Origin: a virus
Taxonomy: Duplodnaviria > Caudoviricetes
DNA length: 64,000 nucleotides
Virus record (IMG/VR): IMGVR_UViG_3300027760_000553
Coordinates: 35,583 to 99,582 of that record
Strand: one strand, 5' to 3'
In this document: positions 48,401 to 55,218 of the stretch, piece by piece
Numbering within the stretch: the stretch's first letter is position 1
How the letters are laid out: each line of letters begins with the position of its first letter
Notes under the pieces: model-generated
What the model saw: the letters and a program-made list of their open reading frames with translations, nothing else
What the model was told of the DNA's origin: nothing
Databases searched by the model: none
Translations under genes and position numbers: made by a program

Positions 48401-49002
48401 TGACGACCAGCCCATTGAGTATTCTTACCAAAGTTTAGAAGTTGTGTTGATCCTTGCCTTAGTAATTGATTTAAGAATTGCTGTCTTTGTGCAGCATATT
48501 GAATCCTTGTTCCGAGTTCAGTAAATTGTCCATTTGCCATAGTTAAAGATTTTGGCATTATTTTTATTGCATCTACAAAGCCACCGTTGGCTTTTTGCAA
48601 TTGAATGTATTGAGACTGTAAAGCCTTTACTCTATCTCTACGTGCACGATTAAGTATTTCTCTTTCCTGTGCAAACATACTCGTAAGAGTCTTTGTGTTT
48701 GCAGTTGCAGCAGCAGCCGTGTATCTAAAATACTGACCAAGGCTTAACTGATTTTTTTCAAGTGCTGTTGTGAAGGCTTGTGTACTAGTTGCTACTTTTA
48801 CCTGAGATGCAGAAAATTTTCCAGTCGCATTAATTGACTGAATTAGTTGTGCATTTAATCCCTTTTGTGCATTAGAGGCAGCAAGGTTTCCTTCTGCAAG
48901 GCTTTGATGAAACCTACTTAGTCCAGACTGTAAAGTTCTAAGTTGTGCTAAGGCGTCAGCCGTATTAAAATTTATGCCTATATTAGCATTTACGTCTGAC
49001 AA
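39454..49002 (-). CDS. Tape measure protein (3182 aa) with inserted enzyme-like domains
   Basis: TP901-type core (AM.EGGI.ASEGANALKS, IEQLFG), hydrophobic segments, coiled coils; follows the tail chaperones; TTG start. Confidence 0.92.
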   Translation of the reverse strand: MSDVNANIGINFNTADALAQLRTLQSGLSRFHQSLAEGNLAASNAQKGLNAQLIQSINATGKFSASQVKVATSTQAFTTALEKNQLSLGQYFRYTAAAATANTKTLTSMFAQEREILNRARRDRVKALQSQYIQLQKANGGFVDAIKIMPKSLTMANGQFTELGTRIQYAAQRQQFLNQLLRQGSTQLLNFGKNTQWAGRQLMVGLTIPLGMLGSYAARAFKEMEAATVKFKRVYGDAFTDSRTTDIAVENIKRIGMEYTKFGIAVKDTMDMAATAAAAGFSGTALDAQVKQANKLAVLGQVEQQQALETTISLQNAFGISSEDLAKKIDFLNAVENQTVLSIEDLTIAIPKAAPVVKQLGGNVEDLAFFMTAMKEGGINASEGANALKSGLASMINPTKKTSEMLAEMGINIKGVVEANKGDLKGTVVGFARALDELDPLNRARAIEQLFGKFQFSRISTLFQNVVKEGSQASRALQLSGASLEELAIISEREMGKIEDAVGVKFQAAVEQFKQTIMPIGKQFLEALTPVVKFIGKLFEKFNDLSDGTKKFVTILTAVVAGIGPIFLMTFGLLANGLANLIKLFATIRGGIAKLNGQNKMLGGGFDYLTQQEIENVASSNALHGSHERLIQVFNVENVALQKLANSYANAASQARALATSSPGLFASPGAGAAVAKLPGGQGRPVRRYAEGVLQVPGPKGAGDIQPAFLAPGEAVIPADVTAKNIGFLHAMMEGKTPGYMAGKIPARPSFHAKPDELQSGAKFVGMPKSIGQVTQSRQIADRIAESVTKSQFGKVPPTDFGTLLQGTSGRSFPIPNVGGIYRKPNGEVVFVKPAVDATSALAEQRATIIARDVHGLKAPNQTIKTMLDPTDATGKRKLIVLESPYDPKLAEASGKFTKKQMVTQLVASLLRGDKDLSKSNVFGNTLADVGPAGVFSRASGFRDIQSAMPSMKDQAMINLLGVKGGARKDFALSTADIAKKMTPQEYNSAISAEIAKVLPKLKKTVAGMNLSPADAAPYSAMIARLEAGQKTDWSSFQKIHAAAGSPVKKLMAGFIPELSVSQRSQSQVEMQKFFDWADKQVESSNLDGTFKDRWKKSTGPAFRQSLMEKMIYDPNSKTFWTNMGGTNGVNLERMQERFNYRFGIAPDAQTGKYVKSNLFNISKFLSNVTSGGQSKRGGDIGANNPKAKKVWDEIKVAAANPGGVKSDKTIRKYTDFLANMKDGAGNETQLAKDLKSNSPLVRKSAMESVDKMFRLDASHAQAVRVYDSLEDAQAGKSRPASKSEKYSLGQMGPDYRVINEFVKTNDPGNKSRFEKILEWNNKNGNPLAIDGTQNRNLQSAIQSIIREENHPFDPQNQKHVKALAELEIKARDLMTVDPSKAKGLSFLSKSSSAYINARLTDNIMSDRISDSNWFKRMNENKMFMNTSVLDDKGRPVRGALETVRKSEYYFDSKTGRFIPYTGQNTSAVATGRVTGKGTETRTPNASKTGGQPTATRSQARAFAVRRDAGDPRFKGLGTDSPLSKNAQGRITNAMQEQARLLKLRNNLSAKEIDQALSQYRRRLILAEREKAHANAQALRMREQSKIDSERVVNSKALAKQERAQRQMARQEKVGRYSGGTSAALGGVAMGAMMMGADAKVTGGLFGASALAGMAPMLTNPYVAAGTAVLALAGSVLLAEKANRSAAEKISRFTDATSATTEKMKSIGELTGKVGASELYARKRSTSVSDRYTTGFERGKQQFGATFVESETGKSIVESFTKDMVTGGNNAVKKISLQLAAYVSDGIMSAEQAHSVASQIGINLNNQTVTSQISGEIISLIGPSGVDLLKDPLTVRMNLVQEQISNTSMSTEDYASAGVPIFDVGSQDDIQEAISNYFDDYIALFTETGPEKIGAALGSSFAQSFEFNQSQADSFAKYYDDQIAILQKQKLQTSELSKQEVITGKIRKLEEKRDAGLQDFKKNNQTILDNAGKAVGALQNSTPGLSALKTASRTQLLDKYKGGPEELASVVLAEKTKKLNTDLEIKINAVAGSGIVGPDALSQMVDMFGTDAKGQAAIQRNLDLAITKQDPGKVQQLLLQLGTFKSPKTSRKIFVALMKKDPAQFDKLASTIALMQKMDTKEINLEAFFESEDAETKLIDLQEKLEKIEKMPTPITKEAIALVNTDGNSKTKDMTALLAIWDQWGNLPDETKKTVIQEYVAIYSTIDDQAAITSIKTKNPRARRITKAQIDAEKGRMAAERTMQVVKQDIASKAASNLEQEQKNGSKKADPINDILARLKQVRLASLDATKGIAELFKAVGDGKKVKGVIGDVFNGMQQQLLKKGSNQQFIDFLTSMIGDPAELAKYMRTATKATSGPYKGKVVDPFNPKNVLKGGKVGDVVLSESGKAAQAGITKAVGGDYNLAQLKSITNDKDRAKVMERIATLAKTNNKFVIDNHTLQNILNDEYYVTELAAGRITDAEFETNTLLAKQAELRERINGIVSEGLSAKQELADKGRVGELLKFMTETTDLPKLSSGALLDMIKDPNQLSAAIAAMDMYKSGIEKVPASLQNVVDGLNNVQKNAKIQGYINFASQTVPEKISQGAAAAQNVLSVKARLREKMNISELRKYGTKANPNMGENAYQAAVKATGGTAITGGGKSLSQIQVARQGLGSQMNLVQARANQIQKDISAKEDELNKAIEDKNKYYNKLIDTEKDSIEANESKLKKEFTDLIDKKQTESNKLSNDLAIINHQEEEINKVYDERIKALNETQQINQRLIAQQQTQLGLADALTQGDISAAAKAAQEMRSQNAAAYAEDTTNALTQARDNQIKGLKGSESGMTKDQIAERQYKISQEIYKIETDPKRLELVKAIETSQEKITQYEKDRSTAIDAINLKYEKELADLNTALTSQTSILDKLEKEDAELASQEAELLLILDSLTSMDDLAGKTLQDFEDMVLKAEAMATALEEDIVKAMMAIEEDSASASGSWTNIVDKINALPDSITIKSIIDEVRNITENITRYITTITTGGGSSSSSSSSSSSSKVGQGKDDGNGSSLGFYNSLGSDGEKGSTAAENAAADAQAKADAASARLNNWFWERDSSGGLIKPRRFAIGGPVIGTDIIPAMLTPGEFVMSKYAVDTHGIDKMKAINSGSDASSSVYNYELTVNVRSDASPSDIANTVMTKIKQVDSMRIRGNKL

Positions 49003-49025
49003 TTTTCATAACACCCCTTTACCAA

Positions 49026-49349
49026 TTACTTGCTGATTGATGCCATCAAGTTGTTACTTGTAGCAGAATCGCTTCCTGATGCAGCCTCGATGATTTCGTA
49101 GACTGTTGGAAGATCCAAAAGATCCTCTAGTGCTTCTTTGCTTTCTGAAAGTTCTGGTTTATACTGCTTCATTGCAATTAAGACGCAATCAAGTAGAACG
49201 TCCATAGATTTATCATTGTCATCTGCAACAAGTGCTAGATCCCCAAATCTTTTTACAAACGGACGTAGTAGTGAAATTTTTAGTGGTCGAACATTTAGTG
49301 TTGTGCCATCTATCAGTGTAACTGTTTTGCTATTTGCTTTTTCAGCCAT
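49026..49349 (-). CDS. Tail assembly chaperone, short (G-like)
   Basis: Just upstream of the tape measure; TLIDG....PLKI..LR.F; AGGAGG RBS. Confidence 0.75.
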   Translation of the reverse strand: MAEKANSKTVTLIDGTTLNVRPLKISLLRPFVKRFGDLALVADDNDKSMDVLLDCVLIAMKQYKPELSESKEALEDLLDLPTVYEIIEAASGSDSATSNNLMASISK

Positions 49350-49373
49350 TATTCCTCCTGTGTTAGTTAGTTA

Positions 49374-49382
49374 ATTATATCA
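49374..49382 (-). promoter_or_regulatory. Extended -10 promoter TGATATAAT
   Basis: Intergenic, between the two chaperone genes. Confidence 0.6.
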
Positions 49383-49398
49383 TAGACAAGCCTATGAA

Positions 49399-50082
49399 TT
49401 AGTCAATTTTTTCGTAAGTTAGGCCCATTCCAATTCCAAATCCAGCCTTTTGTGCATTGACTCCTTGCAGTGCCAAAATATCACTTGAGTTTCTTGCTTC
49501 CCCATTGCTATAAACTCTAGCCTTTAGTTCTTCCCATTCATTTTTTTTCCCAGACTGTTTGTCTAGGTCAACACCCTGCATTGCTGCAAGGAATTTTTTT
49601 TCTGCATAGTCTAATTCTCTTTTGATTGAAAGAGTTGACATTATTTCTGGCATAGACATAGAGCATTCAAGTTCTTCGTAGTCTTTCCAAATGCCAAGCA
49701 GAAACGCCTCTGCTTCAAGTTTTGCCAAGTCTAGTGTTTCCCAAGTTGATCCACTATCTGTTGCTTGTTTTTTTACTGGCTCTTCGGATTTTTCATTTAC
49801 TTTAATTCCCGCTGCAATATCTAAAAGATGATAGATGTCTTTTAATGTAAAACTATCCTCGACTAGTTCTTTTGATAACGAAATTTTTGGGTAATACTGT
49901 TTCATACATATTCGAGCACACTCAACTAAAGCATCGATTGCACCATCATCATCTTTTGCTGATTTGACATACTCAAAAGCAACCATAAACTGTCTTAGAT
50001 ATTTTATTTTTAATGGTGTAATAAACAACTCTGTGCCATCTATAAGAGTTAGGTAGTCGCTTTCATATACTTCTGTAGCCAT
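49399..50082 (-). CDS. Tail assembly chaperone, long (G-T fusion-like)
   Basis: N-terminal half is clearly paralogous to 49026..49349; extra C-terminal domain WKDYEELE..MS.PE. Confidence 0.75.
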   Translation of the reverse strand: MATEVYESDYLTLIDGTELFITPLKIKYLRQFMVAFEYVKSAKDDDGAIDALVECARICMKQYYPKISLSKELVEDSFTLKDIYHLLDIAAGIKVNEKSEEPVKKQATDSGSTWETLDLAKLEAEAFLLGIWKDYEELECSMSMPEIMSTLSIKRELDYAEKKFLAAMQGVDLDKQSGKKNEWEELKARVYSNGEARNSSDILALQGVNAQKAGFGIGMGLTYEKID

Positions 50083-50088
50083 TCATAT

Positions 50089-50097
50089 AGTATACCA
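50089..50097 (-). promoter_or_regulatory. Extended -10 promoter TGGTATACT, leaderless geometry
   Basis: TATACT-N6-ATG(50082), no RBS. Confidence 0.65.
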
Positions 50098-50138
50098 AAA
50101 ACAAAATTGCCCCGCTCAAGTTAATGAGCAAGGGCAAC
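50098..50138 (-). terminator. Rho-independent terminator after the major tail gene
   Basis: TTGCCCTTGCTCA-TTAACT-TGAGCGGGGCAA followed by TTTTGTTTT. Confidence 0.8.
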
Positions 50139-50169
50139 CCTGTATTATTAAGTTTTTATTTAATGATTA

Positions 50170-50784
50170 TTATGCGCTAACAGTACGATCTACGATCTTA
50201 CCGTATGATGCATTATCATTTGGAAGAAGACGGAATGATACTTCGAACATTGTCGCTTCGTCTCTCTTTGCTGCTACTGTAACATTTTCAATTGAAAGTG
50301 CACGGTATGCAACGTAAACACGCTCTACGTTTAGTGCGGCGTTTCCAGTTCCTGGACCAACTGCAATTAAACCACGCTCAACTGGGACATCTCCGATGTC
50401 GCCTGCTGAAAGTCTAAGGGTTGGGTTTGATGAAACTGTTGCTAGATCCTCATTCTTTCCTGCTAATGAAAACAGGAGATTCTCTAGTGTTGATTCTGCG
50501 AATGTAGTATTTAGGTTTACCTGCATGCCTTGCTTAAATAACTTAGCAACGTCAAGTACCTGGTCTACTGCTACTTCACCGAAATCTGGCTGGAATTGAA
50601 TTTCCAAACCATTCATTGTGTATCCAACATTACGGAAGTCTGCGTCATCTGCAAGGGTATCCTTGTATGAGTCGCCTGCTACGTATGCTGGCATGTCTGC
50701 GTCTGCAAGTGCGCCATCTTCGTATGTGAAGAGTGCTGCTGCTCCAACGATAATATCGTTTGAACTACCACGTGTATATGCCAT
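50170..50784 (-). CDS. Major tail (tube) protein
   Basis: IIVGAA.LF, VGYT..G, VDQ.LD, FAESTLENL, FRLLP; GAGGTG RBS; no sheath gene nearby. Confidence 0.85.
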   Translation of the reverse strand: MAYTRGSSNDIIVGAAALFTYEDGALADADMPAYVAGDSYKDTLADDADFRNVGYTMNGLEIQFQPDFGEVAVDQVLDVAKLFKQGMQVNLNTTFAESTLENLLFSLAGKNEDLATVSSNPTLRLSAGDIGDVPVERGLIAVGPGTGNAALNVERVYVAYRALSIENVTVAAKRDEATMFEVSFRLLPNDNASYGKIVDRTVSA

Positions 50785-50837
50785 ATATTTCACCTCTTTT
50801 TTCTTATTAGATTAAAGGGCTTGTTTCCTCAAGTACA

Positions 50838-50846
50838 AGTATAACA
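50838..50846 (-). promoter_or_regulatory. Extended -10 promoter TGTTATACT
   Basis: Intergenic, upstream of the major tail gene. Confidence 0.6.
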
Positions 50847-50859
50847 GCCTTTTTTATTT

Positions 50860-51492
50860 TTAAATTATGTCTTTGACTGCCTTTTTAGGCTCTGGTGACC
50901 AAGAAGCGTTTGTAAGCCCACTCATTTGGTGATAGTCATAGTCTATAATTATCTTGTTACCGCCGAAGGTTCTGGCTGTTCCAAAATCAATAATGTCACG
51001 GGTTTCTTGTAGTTGGTAGACCTTGAAGTTGTGAAAATAAAACTGGTTATCTAGAAGAATTGGAACAGACTGAGTTCCAACATTTATTTGTTTATTCATC
51101 GCCCAATTATTTATTTCTTCTGCTGTCTCATCAAAACGATCCATCAATCTTAAAACAGACTCTTGTATTGTTATCATTTTTTCTACTGGGCTAGAGCCTG
51201 AAGCATAAAAATAATACATAAGTTGTTCACACTTTATATGAGGAAATCCAGTTCTATTCATTTTAACAAGCCTATCCCAGGTAGCAGCAACACCTTGTGT
51301 GCTTTCTCCAAAGTATTCCGTTAGGTCATCTATCGTAGATGGGGTTGATGGGAAAAAGGGGAATGTTGCTTTTGAGTTCCCATCGTTTGCTTGAAATATT
51401 TCAGAAACCTTTTCTTGTAGATATTTGTTAATCCACAATACTGGTGTATTTAATACGCTAGAACTTTCTTTCCATATTTCTCCGTAAGTCAT
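50860..51492 (-). CDS. Putative tail terminator / completion protein
   Basis: Position directly upstream of the major tail gene. Confidence 0.55.
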   Translation of the reverse strand: MTYGEIWKESSSVLNTPVLWINKYLQEKVSEIFQANDGNSKATFPFFPSTPSTIDDLTEYFGESTQGVAATWDRLVKMNRTGFPHIKCEQLMYYFYASGSSPVEKMITIQESVLRLMDRFDETAEEINNWAMNKQINVGTQSVPILLDNQFYFHNFKVYQLQETRDIIDFGTARTFGGNKIIIDYDYHQMSGLTNASWSPEPKKAVKDII

Positions 51493-52163
51493 GCTATCTT
51501 AACCCCCGCACTTGCTACCCATTTAATTCCAGTAGACTTGCCAACATTTCTACCGCCTCTTTTACCTGCCTTAATGTTTTTCTTATAGACTAATGGATTA
51601 CTAAAGTATTTATCTAATCCGCTTACTCTTAAAAATGATTGCTTAAAGTAAATACTAAAAAATTCATCAATTACCTTTTCAAACTGTCCTTGTGTTTGTC
51701 CACCAGGGTTTTCTACAAAAACTTCATTTTTTGTGTATATGACTTCTCCATCAATTTCAAATCGCAAAGCAGATGCTTTCTTAGGGGTAATTGTTACGCC
51801 AATTCCGTTTTCCATTATTCTTGCTTTGTCATAAAATGGGACTCTTGATCCATCTTTAATAGAAGAAGACTGCTTTAATTTAGTGTTAAATGTTAATCCT
51901 AAATTACTAATAGTGTAATCAATATCAAACAACCTTGCCTTTGGGCTTCCTGTTTGACTCCATTCATAAACATGGTGAAGCAGTTGTGGGGTAATGTTTG
52001 CGTTTGTATCTACATACTTTGATGCAAGGGCTACAATTTCTGGACCAAGATTTGAATATAGTTCTTTCTTTCCCAATTGCAAGCCTTCTAGAAATCCATA
52101 GGAGTATTCAATTACATTATTTAAATCTTTCATAAACATCTTGTCGTTAAAGGTTACTCTCAT
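51489..52163 (-). CDS. Neck / tail-completion protein (HK97 gp10-like position)
   Basis: Synteny; HHVYEW, A.IME.G..VTI.PK...LRF. Confidence 0.55.
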   Translation of the reverse strand: MRVTFNDKMFMKDLNNVIEYSYGFLEGLQLGKKELYSNLGPEIVALASKYVDTNANITPQLLHHVYEWSQTGSPKARLFDIDYTISNLGLTFNTKLKQSSSIKDGSRVPFYDKARIMENGIGVTITPKKASALRFEIDGEVIYTKNEVFVENPGGQTQGQFEKVIDEFFSIYFKQSFLRVSGLDKYFSNPLVYKKNIKAGKRGGRNVGKSTGIKWVASAGVKIA

Positions 52164-52606
52164 ACATCTACCGCCTGATTTTCTGAGCGACGGATTACTA
52201 ACTTGTAGTACTCTACGTTACCAAAAGGACCAGAAAAAGGATCCTGAGTTGCTATTTCAAAAATAGTAGACTTTCCTGCTCGGGGCCCAGAAGTTTCTGT
52301 ATAAATCTCATTGCAATTTTTATCTTTAATGTTAGTTATAATTACATTTGTTATAGAGTTGCTTCCTTCTAGGCTAGAAATTCTTATGTCTGTCTTTGTT
52401 CTTCCTAAAAGAATCTTGTCTTGTGTAATGTTTATATTTGGAGACATCTCTTCTTTAAATGCCGTCCCTGCTGATGCAAAAGAACAAGCAATTGTTCTAT
52501 CCAGTATCCATGTTTTTTTAACATCTCCATATGCCCCTTGTTCAACAAGTGGATGATATACGTCTGCTTGCATAGGAAAAATAAAATCTGGCTCTTCGCA
52601 TATCAT
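52160..52606 (-). CDS. Head-to-tail stopper (head closure)
   Basis: Beta-rich; follows the adaptor; G...KTW motif. Confidence 0.6.
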   Translation of the reverse strand: MICEEPDFIFPMQADVYHPLVEQGAYGDVKKTWILDRTIACSFASAGTAFKEEMSPNINITQDKILLGRTKTDIRISSLEGSNSITNVIITNIKDKNCNEIYTETSGPRAGKSTIFEIATQDPFSGPFGNVEYYKLVIRRSENQAVDV

Positions 52607-53511
52607 TAAATTATCCCTGGTTTAAGAATATTATTTGAATACTTATCTAATATCTTATCTACTAGCATATTGCCAGTTCCATCAAAAACTGATTTGTCAA
52701 ACTGAATTCTAAACTGATCTGTATTGTATGCTGTAATATATCTCTTGTAATAATCTAACTTTCCACATTTAATATCCTCTATTAAAAGTTTTGTTGCATA
52801 TTCTACATCCGATGGAATTGTTAAATATCCAGTTGATACAACAAATGTATAATCATATCCTTGTGGAAAAGCAATTGACTTGTATCCATAGTATCCAAGA
52901 TCTCCTCTACCTACTGGTAGGTTTGGTGCTGCTGCCTCATATCTATTAAATGAACCAGCCTCAACTCTTTGTATTGCAGAGTTATCTAAAGTTATTACAA
53001 AATCATATATATTATTTTCTTGATCTTCAATGTCATAAACTAAAACATTATTTTCATAAACTTTTAGTATTTTATTTGCATCATGCCATAGCGGGAAATA
53101 GTCTGTTCCTTGACCTACTGCCTGTATAATTTGCTTATGATTATAAAATCCATTTGGAATTATTGTATCAATTATTGCTCTTGAAACTAGTTCAAACATC
53201 CTGTACTCTGCAATTTCAGAAGCAGTTGTTCCAAGTTTGTTTGCATTAATATATGGTCTAATAATATCTAGGTTATCATTTAAAACAGTAGTTCCTGATA
53301 AATTTATGACCTTAAATAAAAATTTTCTATCAAACTCTAATTGCGACTGAGGAACTACATATAGAAGTTGTGAGTCTGCATTAGATGTTGTTGGCAAAGT
53401 TTGGATTGAGTGATCCACCAAATCCTCAATATAAATAACATAGTCTGTGTTCGCTAATGGAACATCCCATGTAGTTAAAATTGGATAAGGTGGAACTCTC
53501 AAAACCTCCAT
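52606..53511 (-). CDS. Head-to-tail adaptor
   Basis: GY..IPSDVEYATKLLIED, TGNMLVDKILDKY. Confidence 0.7.
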   Translation of the reverse strand: MEVLRVPPYPILTTWDVPLANTDYVIYIEDLVDHSIQTLPTTSNADSQLLYVVPQSQLEFDRKFLFKVINLSGTTVLNDNLDIIRPYINANKLGTTASEIAEYRMFELVSRAIIDTIIPNGFYNHKQIIQAVGQGTDYFPLWHDANKILKVYENNVLVYDIEDQENNIYDFVITLDNSAIQRVEAGSFNRYEAAAPNLPVGRGDLGYYGYKSIAFPQGYDYTFVVSTGYLTIPSDVEYATKLLIEDIKCGKLDYYKRYITAYNTDQFRIQFDKSVFDGTGNMLVDKILDKYSNNILKPGII

Positions 53512-53514
53512 GAA

Positions 53515-53952
53515 TTACTTACCGAATTCCTTAGCAACTTCTTCTGGTGTGGCAACTCTAATATGTGAGCGTGTAAGCCACTTGTCTGCTGCATCCTTTT
53601 CAACAATGTTGTAGCCACGGTATACCTTACCTACCTCTGACCAGGTAACATTCTTAGTTGAATAAAGAGCAACTGTTTCCTTCTTTTCAGTAGGTAACTT
53701 CTTGCTAGGCTTTCTTGATTCTTTTGGCGCTGTTGTTGCTCCAATGATACCATCTGCAACTGATCCAAGAGCCTGAACTTCTTCAGGTGCCTCGTATGCA
53801 GGGGCTTCAAGGGCATCTACAACTGGTACTTCTTCTACAACTGGAGTTTCCTCAATAGGTTCTGCAACTGGCTCTGTAACAACTGGTGCTTCAAAAACTG
53901 GTGCTTCAAACACTGACTCTTCTTCAATTGGATTATTATTCATGTATTCCAT
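53515..53952 (-). CDS. Hypothetical virion-module protein with an acidic Pro/Glu-rich N-terminus
   Basis: VFEAPVFEAPV repeats; C-terminal RGYNIV...ADKW...IRVATPEEVA. Confidence 0.65.
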   Translation of the reverse strand: MEYMNNNPIEEESVFEAPVFEAPVVTEPVAEPIEETPVVEEVPVVDALEAPAYEAPEEVQALGSVADGIIGATTAPKESRKPSKKLPTEKKETVALYSTKNVTWSEVGKVYRGYNIVEKDAADKWLTRSHIRVATPEEVAKEFGK

Positions 53953-53969
53953 AATTCCTCCTTGTTAGT

Positions 53970-53978
53970 ATTATATCA
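53970..53978 (-). promoter_or_regulatory. Extended -10 promoter TGATATAAT
   Basis: Directly after the capsid terminator; AGGAGG RBS downstream. Confidence 0.6.
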
Positions 53979-53986
53979 TTATAAGT

Positions 53987-54022
53987 AATAAAGGGGAGTA
54001 GGAGAATTAACTCCTACTCCCC
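53987..54022 (-). terminator. Rho-independent terminator after the major capsid gene
   Basis: GGGGAGTAGGAG-TTAATT-CTCCTACTCCCC followed by TTTATT. Confidence 0.85.
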
Positions 54023-54043
54023 CTAATTTTTACTGTTTACAGA

Positions 54044-55195
54044 TTATGCATCTGCTGCAGCGTCAGCCCATGCGATAGCATCTTGTTCTTCCCATTGAAT
54101 ACCGAAGCGAACGAAGACTGTATATTCTACAGTGTCCTTCTTTGGCTTGTATTCACGGTTTACAGTGATGTCACGCTGGAATCCCCATACACGGTTCTGT
54201 GGGAATGTCAAATCGACATATCCTGCAGGGTAGTATGGAACTTCTTGTACGTCAATTCCTAGAACACGTGTTGTACGTGCTCCACCGAATGTCTGATCAT
54301 TACCGTCTAGGTATGATTGGCGCATTGCTGGAGTTCCAGCAGCACCTGCGTGTGAACCAAATGCTTCTGCAATTGCATCAGCAAGTGTACCGTTATTCTT
54401 AACGATACCTTGGAAAACATCTGTACCAGCGTAGAACTTTAGATTGTTCTTGAGTGCACGATACTTACGTGGCATTGCAAGAATAATCTTTTGCATAACT
54501 TCTGGAGTCCATCCTCCGTTAGCAACTGTAACAACTGCTTCGTGAGAATCTCCTTCAGTCTTGACACGATTTACGAAACCGTTCATGATTGACAAGAAGT
54601 TACCTGTTGCAGCGTCACCGTTGATTGCAAGGTCTTCGATATCATTACCGAAAGCATTTGTCATCAAACGTACGATGTGGTCTTCTAGTGCTGCACCTTC
54701 GATGTTATCTTCTAGTGCTTCTGCAGATACTTCCCAGTCAAGACGAATCTTCTTTGTAGTCAATTCAACCTTTGAGAATGTTGCACCTGCGTTTGTGTAG
54801 TCGCCAACTGCTTGCGCTGCTGCACGAATAACACGCTCTCCGACGTTTACCTTTTCGAGTTCCATTGTATTGGCTCTCATAGTAACACGACGGCCATCTT
54901 TAGCGAGAATGGTTGCATCCCACACGTAATCAATAAAACGACGTGCTTGCTCTGGGCGTAGGATACCTGATCCAGCCTCACCTGAAGGATTTACTGCATT
55001 TGGTCCAGAGTTAACTCCTGATAGTGCTGTTGGGATATTACCCAAGACACCACCATCGGTGTAATTACCTGGTGTGTTTGAACCTGCATCTGATCCAGAT
55101 GCGAACGCTCCCTGACCCTGATAGAGTCCTGGTGCTGTTCCGCCTAGGTTACCTGAAGTACCTGGCTGGTTCTTTTCTATATTTTGTTCCGACAT
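54044..55195 (-). CDS. Major capsid protein (HK97 fold)
   Basis: GILRPEQARRFID, VELTTKK, E.LEDNIEG, FGNDIEDLAINGD; follows the protease; GGAGGTG RBS. Confidence 0.9.
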   Translation of the reverse strand: MSEQNIEKNQPGTSGNLGGTAPGLYQGQGAFASGSDAGSNTPGNYTDGGVLGNIPTALSGVNSGPNAVNPSGEAGSGILRPEQARRFIDYVWDATILAKDGRRVTMRANTMELEKVNVGERVIRAAAQAVGDYTNAGATFSKVELTTKKIRLDWEVSAEALEDNIEGAALEDHIVRLMTNAFGNDIEDLAINGDAATGNFLSIMNGFVNRVKTEGDSHEAVVTVANGGWTPEVMQKIILAMPRKYRALKNNLKFYAGTDVFQGIVKNNGTLADAIAEAFGSHAGAAGTPAMRQSYLDGNDQTFGGARTTRVLGIDVQEVPYYPAGYVDLTFPQNRVWGFQRDITVNREYKPKKDTVEYTVFVRFGIQWEEQDAIAWADAAADA

Positions 55196-55218
55196 ATTGT
55201 CACCTCCTGTGATTTTTT

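Noticed and set aside
39623-48403. Many + strand ORFs opposite the tape measure
   Set aside because: Antisense shadows expected from stop-poor complementary frames; no independent expression signals
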